IMG/VR virus record: IMGVR_UViG_3300045284_000273
Length of the DNA: 55,491 nt
DNA from: an uncultured virus (IMG/VR IMGVR_UViG_3300045284_000273)
Taxonomy: Duplodnaviria > Heunggongvirae > Uroviricota > Caudoviricetes
Strand: one strand, 5' to 3'
Shown here in pieces: positions 46,841 to 53,658 of this stretch. How positions within the stretch are numbered: the first letter of the stretch is position 1; each line of letters starts with the position of its first letter. The translations under genes and the position numbers were made by a program. The notes under the pieces are model-generated. The model did not search any database, was not told where the DNA came from, and worked only from the letters and a program-made list of their open reading frames with translations.

Positions 46841-48228
46841 GCTACTTCTTCCACACCAACTTCCGCAATGCTCTGTTCGCCAACTCAGCGCTGATGAACG
46901 CGGCGCGCGTCAAGCTCATCATGTGGCGTGTCGCACCGTCGATGGACGTGATCAATCCGGCATGGGCCGGAGCGGCGGATCGCACTGCACTGGCGGCGCT
47001 CACCGGCTGGGATGAGGTTGCAGGGATAGCGGGGTATCCACTCGACGGCTTCCTCGACGTGTCGGTGCGGATTATCGGCAACAACCACTACGTGATGTTC
47101 ACGCAGTTGCCATTCGATCACCTGGCCGAGGCGGTCGGTGTCGGAGCGATCAGCATCGAGCTTGTCAACACCGCGCAGGCAGGCAAGCTGGTCTTCACCA
47201 CCAACACGCCGACGAGCCTGTTCACCACGGTCTACCCCGGCGATGCGCTGACGGCCAACCCTGACGCGACGATCACCGATGCCTCCAACCGCTGGCTGTT
47301 CGCCTGGGCCACGCCAGGCCCTGGTGTGACCACGACGGACCCGATCGAAGGCCTGCTGTCGATCTTCAGGGCGGCTCCGCCGTTTGAGGTCAGTAACACA
47401 ACACACGTCTGGATGTACCCGCAGCGGGCCAACATGGTGTCCAACCCGAGCTTTGAAGCTGCCGCGGTGGGCACGCAGTACTGGGCCACCAACGGCACGC
47501 CGTCGAGAGTCAACCAGGGCGCACCAGGAGGCGGTGTGTGGTCCGGCCGCTTCGACAAGACCACTGGGCCTGCGGTGATCGCAGAGACGAGCGACTGGCC
47601 GACGCTGCAGGGCGACATCGACCACGAAGACTGGACGTTCCAGTTCATGGCCATGGGCCAAGGCCAACTCAAGGTGGCGCTGGTCTACTGGGACCAGGAC
47701 TACCGCTTCACCGGCACGCAGTGGGGCGACGAGACGTGGGACCTCAACCCGACCACCTGGATTCACATCGCCTGCGTGCGCCGCGGCTATCAGGCGCACC
47801 GAGCACTGCTGCGGATCGAGTGCAACGGGGCCTACATGATCATCGACCGCGTGCTCGCAGAGCGTGGCTTCCTCAAGGAGTTGGACTACTTCGACGGTGA
47901 TACCAAGTACGGGGGCCTCGACAGCTATTCGTGGTACGGCGGGTCCAACAGGTCGGGCAAGTCGTACTCGATGTGGTACGGCGCGCGCCGTGCTGTTACC
48001 GGCCGCCTGTTCGCCACGCCGGTCAACGCCAACGACCCCGAGTTCCTAGTGGACACCGAGGTTGCCGCTGCCGGGATGGTCTACCAGTGGGTTCCCGCTG
48101 GCACCAGTGTGATACCGCACATCGACGTGTTCTACCCCAACGACGAGCGCACGCCAGTTCCCCCCAAGGGTGGGCTGAATCCGTACGCCACACCGACAAC
48201 GGATGGAGTCGTCAACCCTTGGGCCTAG
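46837..48228 (+). CDS. minor tail protein with carbohydrate-binding-like domain
   Basis: NMVSNPSFE, YFDGD; end of the baseplate operon. Confidence 0.65.
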   Translation: MSYFFHTNFRNALFANSALMNAARVKLIMWRVAPSMDVINPAWAGAADRTALAALTGWDEVAGIAGYPLDGFLDVSVRIIGNNHYVMFTQLPFDHLAEAVGVGAISIELVNTAQAGKLVFTTNTPTSLFTTVYPGDALTANPDATITDASNRWLFAWATPGPGVTTTDPIEGLLSIFRAAPPFEVSNTTHVWMYPQRANMVSNPSFEAAAVGTQYWATNGTPSRVNQGAPGGGVWSGRFDKTTGPAVIAETSDWPTLQGDIDHEDWTFQFMAMGQGQLKVALVYWDQDYRFTGTQWGDETWDLNPTTWIHIACVRRGYQAHRALLRIECNGAYMIIDRVLAERGFLKELDYFDGDTKYGGLDSYSWYGGSNRSGKSYSMWYGARRAVTGRLFATPVNANDPEFLVDTEVAAAGMVYQWVPAGTSVIPHIDVFYPNDERTPVPPKGGLNPYATPTTDGVVNPWA

Positions 48229-48237
48229 CATGCGTCG

Positions 48238-48501
48238 ATGGCTTACCTGATGGTGATCTTCGGCGTGTGGTTGGTGTGGAACCTGCTGCTGACGTTCTTC
48301 GGAACGCCGGACTGGTTCCCCTATGTCGTCTCGATCCTCCTGGGCATTGGTGGGCAGTGTTTGATCAACGTGGATCATTGGTGGTATGGGGTTGGTTTGG
48401 CGGGAGCCGCCAACTTCCTGTTGCTCATCGGTGATGTGTTGCTAGTAACCACTGACGCCTTGAAGACCGGAGTGCTTCGTCGTACTGGTCGCCCTCGTTG
48501 A
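48238..48501 (+). CDS. small multi-pass membrane protein
   Basis: Three hydrophobic segments; TAGCAT-N6-ATG. Confidence 0.65.
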   Translation: MAYLMVIFGVWLVWNLLLTFFGTPDWFPYVVSILLGIGGQCLINVDHWWYGVGLAGAANFLLLIGDVLLVTTDALKTGVLRRTGRPR

Positions 48502-48558
48502 GCTAATCTCCCAAGTCCCGGCCCGACCCGCCGGTTGTGACACTGAGGAGAACATGAA

Positions 48559-49437
48559 ATGACCATGCACGTTGTGCTGGGTGACGGTGAGATGACCCGC
48601 AAGGAACTCACCGAAACCCTTTCGGACATCTGGAAGGCAGACGAAGAGGCAGGGCAGACCTTCTGGTTCCTGATCCAGGGCAAGAGCGAGCCGAACGACA
48701 CCGACAAGAACCTGGTGTCATGGCTGGAGCGGAACGAGGTGTACTACGAAATCATCACCGATGACAAGAACACGGTGGATGCGATCTACAGCCAGCCGCA
48801 GGAGGTTCACGAGGCCAAGCGTCTCGGGCTGAAGGTCGTCAACTTGCTCAAGGGCAAGCCCGAAGACGAAGAGTCGGCGGAACTGCTGGCGCTGTTCGCT
48901 TCCGACGACCCCGGCGCGCCGGAGGACCAGTGGCTCAACGACGTGTGCCAAGCGGTGTTCGACGCCGGGTTCCCGATCCGCGCCCTCAACTACGGGCTGG
49001 TCGATGTGGACATGGGAGAACCGGAAGCCGAGCCTGCGGCCGAGCCGGAGGAACCGGATGCGAAGACACCGGCCAAGAAGGCTCCCGCCAAGAAGGCCGC
49101 GGCGCAACCGAAGACCGCTGATACCAAGGTATCGGAAGAAGATGACGCACCCGCCTCGAAGCGCTCCGCCGCCTACACCCGTGAGCAGCTTGAAGACATG
49201 GAGCTTGACCAACTCAAGGCCATCGCCGGTGAGCTTGGTATCTCTCTTCCGGCCCGCACACGGATGACCACCTACGTCGAAGCCATCCTCGGTGAGGACA
49301 ACAAGACGCCGGTTGCCGAGGTCAGCGCGCCAGTGGGGGATGCTGGTGGTACCCTCAATGGTTCCCTCGATATCGAGGCCCTGGCCGACGCCATCGTCCT
49401 CAATGTCATCAAGCGACTGGAGGCCGCACTTTCATGA
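48559..49437 (+). CDS. hypothetical protein with PAKK linker and Rho-N/HeH-like helix-extension-helix
   Basis: REQLEDMELDQLKAIAGELGI. Confidence 0.7.
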   Translation: MTMHVVLGDGEMTRKELTETLSDIWKADEEAGQTFWFLIQGKSEPNDTDKNLVSWLERNEVYYEIITDDKNTVDAIYSQPQEVHEAKRLGLKVVNLLKGKPEDEESAELLALFASDDPGAPEDQWLNDVCQAVFDAGFPIRALNYGLVDVDMGEPEAEPAAEPEEPDAKTPAKKAPAKKAAAQPKTADTKVSEEDDAPASKRSAAYTREQLEDMELDQLKAIAGELGISLPARTRMTTYVEAILGEDNKTPVAEVSAPVGDAGGTLNGSLDIEALADAIVLNVIKRLEAALS

Positions 49438-50138
49438 CCAAAGCCCACTACTCACACATCACCCTCGTTTGCGACCGTTCCGGCTCGATGCACGCGATCT
49501 GCACTGACGCTCAGGGAGCCGTCAACTCCTTCATCGCCAAGGAGAAGGAGGTTCCCGGCGAAGCCTCTCTGTTGCTCGTGGAGTTCGACGCGCAGATCGG
49601 CCACGCCGTCAACGAAACTCCCGAGTGGTACAACGTCGTCTTCGACGGCAACCTTGCCGATGCCCCGTCCTACAAGCTCCGTCCGCGCGGTAACACAGCG
49701 CTGTACGACGCAGTGGGCCGCGCGATCACCGAGACGGGATCGAAGCTGGAGAAGATGCCCGAAGACCAGCGTCCCGAGCACGTCTTCTTCGTCGTCCAGA
49801 CGGACGGCTTGGAGAACTCCAGCCGCGACTTCACAGTGGAGTCGATCAGGAAGATGGTCCTGACACAGACCAACGAGTTCCGGTGGGATTTCGTCTTCTT
49901 GGGCACCGGGCCGGAGACGTGGGGCCAAGGCGCTCAGATGGGCTTCGGCAACGTCACCCGTTCGGCTGCCGGAGGCCAGGCGTTCGCTGCCACCTACGAC
50001 CACACTCACGAAGTGATGGCCAACGTCCGCACCGGCAGGGCCAAGAGCATGGCCGGAAGCAACGCAGTAGTTGACAGCGCGGGCAATGTCGTGCAAGATG
50101 CCCCAGACTCAGCGGACCACGACCACGACGTGACGTGA
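49434..50138 (+). CDS. von Willebrand factor A (VWA) domain protein
   Basis: MIDAS DRSGSM, TALYDA, TDGLENSS, WDFVFLG. Confidence 0.9.
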   Translation: MTKAHYSHITLVCDRSGSMHAICTDAQGAVNSFIAKEKEVPGEASLLLVEFDAQIGHAVNETPEWYNVVFDGNLADAPSYKLRPRGNTALYDAVGRAITETGSKLEKMPEDQRPEHVFFVVQTDGLENSSRDFTVESIRKMVLTQTNEFRWDFVFLGTGPETWGQGAQMGFGNVTRSAAGGQAFAATYDHTHEVMANVRTGRAKSMAGSNAVVDSAGNVVQDAPDSADHDHDVT

Positions 50139-50162
50139 GCACTCCGGTCTGAGGGTCATGGA

Positions 50163-50247
50163 AGGGCAGCCTGGAGGGGCAGGCTGCCCTCTTCATGGGG
50201 ACAAACAAACCGGAGGTAAGGGGGCGGCTGGACGGGGCCGCCCTCTT
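50163..50247 (+). terminator. two similar GC-rich hairpins after the VWA gene
   Basis: AGGGCAGCCTG/CAGGCTGCCCT (50163-50190) and AGGGGGCGGC/GCCGCCCTCT (about 50219-50246). Confidence 0.5.
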
Positions 50248-50307
50248 CGCGTCTGCCCCCATGTACCCCCATTTACCTGCAGTGCATCACCCCAGGTCAT
50301 AAATGCG

Positions 50308-50336
50308 TTGCAAAGTGTTTCGTTCCGTCGTAGCTT
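50308..50336 (+). promoter_or_regulatory. sigma70-type promoter of the Y RNA-Ro60 operon
   Basis: TTGCAA-17 nt-TAGCTT; predicted start near 50342 coincides with the first base of unit 1. Confidence 0.7.
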
Positions 50337-50341
50337 GATCG

Positions 50342-50411
50342 GTCCTGGGCCGGAGCCAGTCGGTTATCTTCGTGAAAAGAAAACCCCGGTTGGCACCCAC
50401 TCGCCTAGGAC
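50342..50411 (+). ncRNA. Y RNA-like unit 1 (minimal)
   Basis: Closing stem GTCCTGGGC/GCCTAGGAC; GGGCCG-N7-TCGGTTATC ... CCGGT..CTCG. Confidence 0.75.
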
Positions 50412-50435
50412 TTTCCTTGACAACACAACGATCTC

Positions 50436-50564
50436 GCTGAGGGCCGAAGCACGTCGGTTATCCCTTATGGAGGAAGTGGTCGCGGGTTCGAGTCCCGTCC
50501 CGGTTCGCCGGGTAGCTCAGTTGGCAGAGCGCTTAAAACCCGGTATGCACCCCTCGTCCTCAGC
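50436..50564 (+). ncRNA. yrlA: Y RNA unit 2, YrlA-type circularly permuted tRNA mimic
   Basis: Stem GCTGAGGGC/GTCCTCAGC; T arm GCGGG-TTCGAGT-CCCGT, closed acceptor CCCGG-TTCG-CCGGG, D arm TAGCTCAGTTGGCAGAGC. Confidence 0.85.
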
Positions 50565-50574
50565 ACTATCACAA

Positions 50575-50649
50575 CCCTCGGGCCGGATGGTGTCGGTTAT
50601 CTTGATTCCAATTCAAACCAACTCCGGTGCCTACTCGCTCGTCCGAGGG
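50575..50649 (+). ncRNA. Y RNA-like unit 3 (minimal)
   Basis: Stem CCCTCGGGC/GTCCGAGGG with the same conserved motifs. Confidence 0.75.
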
Positions 50650-50659
50650 ACACAACTCA

Positions 50660-50786
50660 GCCAAGGGCCGGAGAGGATCGGTTATCTCACCAGCCCCCGC
50701 AAGGGAGCGACAACCCGCCAGAACGAGAATCCTGGCAACAGTGGTCCACACCGCTGCTAACTCGGTGCTCACTTCTCGCCCTTGGT
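50660..50786 (+). ncRNA. Y RNA-like unit 4 (multi-hairpin domain)
   Basis: Stem GCCAAGGGC/GCCCTTGGT; internal CCC-GCAA-GGG and GCCAG/CTGGC hairpins. Confidence 0.72.
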
Positions 50787-50798
50787 AACACAACACAA

Positions 50799-50929
50799 TC
50801 CAGCGGGCCGACGTGAGTCGGTTATCCCAATTGGTATACAGGTTCGATTCCTGTCCGTCAGACCGCTTCGGCCAGATGACGGAAGCTCATTTCGGTGAGC
50901 ACTCCGGTTCGCACCCCTCGCCCGCTGGA
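50799..50929 (+). ncRNA. Y RNA unit 5, YrlA-type tRNA mimic
   Basis: Stem TCCAGCGGGC/GCCCGCTGGA; T arm ACAGG-TTCGATT-CCTGT, acceptor CCGTCA/TGACGG, D-like GCTCA-TTTCGG-TGAGC. Confidence 0.8.
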
Positions 50930-50942
50930 ACACAATCTGGCC

Positions 50943-51065
50943 CCTCCGGGCCGGAGCACATCGGTTATCCGCAGAGGCCTAAAGACAGCGCTCCCGCAAG
51001 GGAGAGTGAGGGTTTGATCCCCTCCCGCCGCCAACCAATCCGGTGTGCAGCTACTCGACTGGAGG
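50943..51065 (+). ncRNA. Y RNA-like unit 6, overlapping the Ro60 RBS
   Basis: Stem CCTCCGGGC/GACTGGAGG; CTCCC-GCAA-GGGAG and T-like GAGGG-TTTGATC-CCCTC arms. Confidence 0.72.
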
Positions 51066-51070
51066 AACAC

Positions 51071-52648
51071 ATGACGGACCCATTGAAGACCATCTCTACG
51101 CGGCAGACGCCGCAGGACCAGCCGATTCCCGGCACGGTCCCCAACTCCGCTGGCGGCTATTCGTTCGCCGTTGACAAGTGGGGTCGGCTCAACCGCTTCC
51201 TGATCCTTGGTACCCAGGGCGGCAGCTACTACGCATCCGAGAAGAAGCTGACCAAGGAGAACGCCGACGTTGTGTTCGCCTGCATCGCTGCAGACGGCCC
51301 CGCCACGGTGGACATCATCGTTGACATCTCTGTCAACGGTCGCAACCCCAAGCAGGGTCCTGTCCTGTTCGCTCTGGCAGCGTGCTCGGGCGCAGCGGAC
51401 CAGGCGACCCGTTCGGCAGCGCTCGCCGCCATCCCCAAGGTGTGCCGCACCGGCACCATGCTCTTCCAGTTCGTCGGCTACGCCGAGCAGTTCCGCGGCT
51501 GGGGCCGTGGTATGCGTGAGGCCGTCGCCAAGTGGTACACGGAGCGCTCTGTCTCGTCCCTGGCGATGCAGGTGGCCAAGTACCAGCAGCGTGAGGGTTG
51601 GGGCCACCGTGACCTCCTGCGCCTGTCCAAGCCCCGTCCGGCGCGTGGTGAGGGCCACGATCAGGTGTTGAAGTGGGCAGTCGGCAAGGACCCCGAGCCG
51701 ACCTTCCCCTTCCTGGCCGCTGTCGAAGACATCAAGACGGCACCGCTGAACCACGCGGTCACGCTGGTGACCCAGCACAAGCTGCCGTGGGAGGTCGTCC
51801 CCGATCACCTGATGAACGAGCCGAAGATGCTCGCCGCGCTCGTAGAGCCGATGGGCATCACCGCACTGGTGCGCCAGTTGAGCCGCCTCACGGCGACCGG
51901 CACGATCAAGTCGCTCGGTGGCCAGATCAACCTCGACAAGGTGATCGACAAGCTGACCGACGAGCAGTTGGTCAAGGACTCGCGCATCCACCCTCTGACC
52001 GTCCTCGTTGCCCTCAAGGCCTACGAGAAGGGCAAGGGTCGGCACCTGGACTGGAGTCCGATTCCGCGGGTTGTAGACGCCCTCAACGACACCTTCAAGC
52101 TGGCCTTCGGCAACGTCGTGCCCTCCAACAAGCGTACGCTCATCGCCCTCGATACCTCGGCGTCGATGACGTGGAGCACCCTCGCCGGTACCGAACTGAC
52201 GCCCAGCGTTGGCTCGATCGCCATGGCCCTGGTCACTGCGGTCACCGAGCCGGAGTATCACATCATGGCGTTCAGCCACCAGTTGGTGAACATCCCTGGC
52301 ATCACCGCCAAGAGTTCGCTGCAGGCGGCCATGGCTGCAACTGCCAAGGTCGGTGGCGGCGGCACTGACTGCTCGCTGCCGATGACCACGGCGCTCAAGG
52401 CCGGTTGGGACGTGGAGCACTTCGTCGTCTACACCGACAATGAGACGTGGGCCGGTCGTCAGCACCCGGTGCAGGCGCTCAAGGCCTACCGCGACAAGCA
52501 GGGTATCCCTGCTCGCCTGACGGTGGTCGGCATGGTCTCCAACGGCTTCTCGATTGCCGATCCCAACGACGCGGGCATGCTCGATGTCGTCGGCTTCGAC
52601 ACCGCAGCGCCGCAGTTGATCGCTGACTTCGGTGGAGGCCGCATCTGA
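51071..52648 (+). CDS. rsr: TROVE domain RNA-binding protein (Ro60/Rsr orthologue)
   Basis: NSAGGYSF, RLNRFLILGT.GGSYY, GWGRG.R, KYQQREGW.HRDLLRL, RIHP, VWA DTSASM, GGTDCSLPM, YTDNETW, FSIADPND.GMLDVVGFD; GGAGG RBS. Confidence 0.95.
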   Translation: MTDPLKTISTRQTPQDQPIPGTVPNSAGGYSFAVDKWGRLNRFLILGTQGGSYYASEKKLTKENADVVFACIAADGPATVDIIVDISVNGRNPKQGPVLFALAACSGAADQATRSAALAAIPKVCRTGTMLFQFVGYAEQFRGWGRGMREAVAKWYTERSVSSLAMQVAKYQQREGWGHRDLLRLSKPRPARGEGHDQVLKWAVGKDPEPTFPFLAAVEDIKTAPLNHAVTLVTQHKLPWEVVPDHLMNEPKMLAALVEPMGITALVRQLSRLTATGTIKSLGGQINLDKVIDKLTDEQLVKDSRIHPLTVLVALKAYEKGKGRHLDWSPIPRVVDALNDTFKLAFGNVVPSNKRTLIALDTSASMTWSTLAGTELTPSVGSIAMALVTAVTEPEYHIMAFSHQLVNIPGITAKSSLQAAMAATAKVGGGGTDCSLPMTTALKAGWDVEHFVVYTDNETWAGRQHPVQALKAYRDKQGIPARLTVVGMVSNGFSIADPNDAGMLDVVGFDTAAPQLIADFGGGRI

Positions 52649-52724
52649 TACCCCGGTATCACAGGACCGTGTTCCCCGCTGCTCGCGTACAGGCGGCGGG
52701 GAACACACTGAACTGCTCGTTGAA

Positions 52725-52750
52725 GAAGGCCTCACTTCGGTGGGGCCTTC
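52725..52750 (+). terminator. stem-loop after Ro60 gene
   Basis: GAAGGCCTCAC-TTCG-GTGGGGCCTTC; a further hairpin lies at about 52669-52707. Confidence 0.6.
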
Positions 52751-52765
52751 TGCTACATTGTGCCC

Positions 52766-53059
52766 ATGACTGTTACCACTGACATCCAGACAGCAGTAGC
52801 CGAGAGGTTCTGCACCGATTACGCCGCCCGTGCCTACCTGGCCTCCAAGTACGACTACGCCGGGAAGCTGGCCAACGACGTGTCCATCCCACTGGTGGCG
52901 CTGATCTTGGACATGCCCGAAGAAGTCGTGGTGACGGTCCTGGCCGAGGAAGCCGGGAAGCCGCCGCGCCGGATCATCGACAGGGCCAAGTGGGCTGAGA
53001 CGGCCGCACTGCTGCTGTTGACCGCAGCGTTTGAGTGCCAACTGGCTCGCCAGCAGTGA
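52766..53059 (+). CDS. hypothetical protein (leaderless)
   Basis: TACATT-N6-ATG. Confidence 0.6.
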   Translation: MTVTTDIQTAVAERFCTDYAARAYLASKYDYAGKLANDVSIPLVALILDMPEEVVVTVLAEEAGKPPRRIIDRAKWAETAALLLLTAAFECQLARQQ

Positions 53060-53069
53060 CCACTGTCGC

Positions 53070-53097
53070 TTGACACTTTCCCCCACTTTGGTACAGT
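53070..53097 (+). promoter_or_regulatory. sigma70-type promoter
   Basis: TTGACA-16 nt-TACAGT. Confidence 0.6.
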
Positions 53098-53145
53098 CAC
53101 CACCAAGGCAGGGACGGACTCTGACGGGGACAGAAGGAGAGAGGC

Positions 53146-53586
53146 ATGATCCGATCCATCATCCACCGACCACGAGGGGCACTGCGTGTCTTGATCGTGG
53201 CACTGACCATGGTGCTCGGTGTAGGCATCGTCGGTACCACACCCGCACACGCTACGCCAAGCCCCACCTACGTGAGTTGCGCCAAGCCCTGGGGAACGAC
53301 GGGGTACATCACGCTCCCGCTCCCAGCCACATATCCGGGTGTGGAAGTAGACATCTATCTGTACAAGGCCGTGTGGAACGGTCGGGCCTACGTGCCGCAG
53401 TACCAGAACTCCTACGACTGGGCGGTCTCAAACAACAACAGCGGCTGGCAGCGGGGGCCTTATACCGTGGCAGGTGGCCTGCAGGTGAGCACCTCCGGCA
53501 CGGGCTTCTTCTATGTGATGATCAACATCTTCACACCGAACGGTGCCTCCAGCAGCCAGTGGAGTGCGAACGGCTGCACCTTCTGA
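53146..53586 (+). CDS. secreted beta-rich protein
   Basis: Signal peptide ending PAHA; two Cys; AAGGAG RBS. Confidence 0.7.
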   Translation: MIRSIIHRPRGALRVLIVALTMVLGVGIVGTTPAHATPSPTYVSCAKPWGTTGYITLPLPATYPGVEVDIYLYKAVWNGRAYVPQYQNSYDWAVSNNNSGWQRGPYTVAGGLQVSTSGTGFFYVMINIFTPNGASSSQWSANGCTF

Positions 53587-53605
53587 CGGTGCTAACTCGT
53601 CCCGC

Positions 53606-53639
53606 AAAGGGGCCGGTTCCTTCGGGGACCGGCCCCTTT
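53606..53639. terminator. bidirectional intrinsic terminator
   Basis: AAAGGGGCCGGTTCC-TTCG-GGGACCGGCCCCTTT between convergent genes. Confidence 0.75.
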
Positions 53640-53658
53640 CGCATGTGATACCGGGATA

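Noticed and set aside
33853..48228. Stand-alone contractile injection system (eCIS/tailocin)
   Set aside because: Terminase, portal, scaffold and capsid genes are present in the same orientation, so this is a phage tail
50475..50535. Canonical tRNA gene
   Set aside because: The T arm precedes the D arm, the acceptor stem is closed by a TTCG loop, and there is no anticodon arm or CCA end
50342..51065. CRISPR array or other DNA repeat-spacer array
   Set aside because: The repeats are short, split motifs with covarying stems and irregular period; no cas genes; the adjacent TROVE gene and permuted tRNA arms point to Y RNAs
50158..51070. ORF 50158..50760 and the 86-aa N-terminal extension of the TROVE ORF from 50813
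   Set aside because: Atypical codon use, overlap with the structured RNA array, and a clear GGAGG RBS before ATG51071 where Ro60 similarity begins
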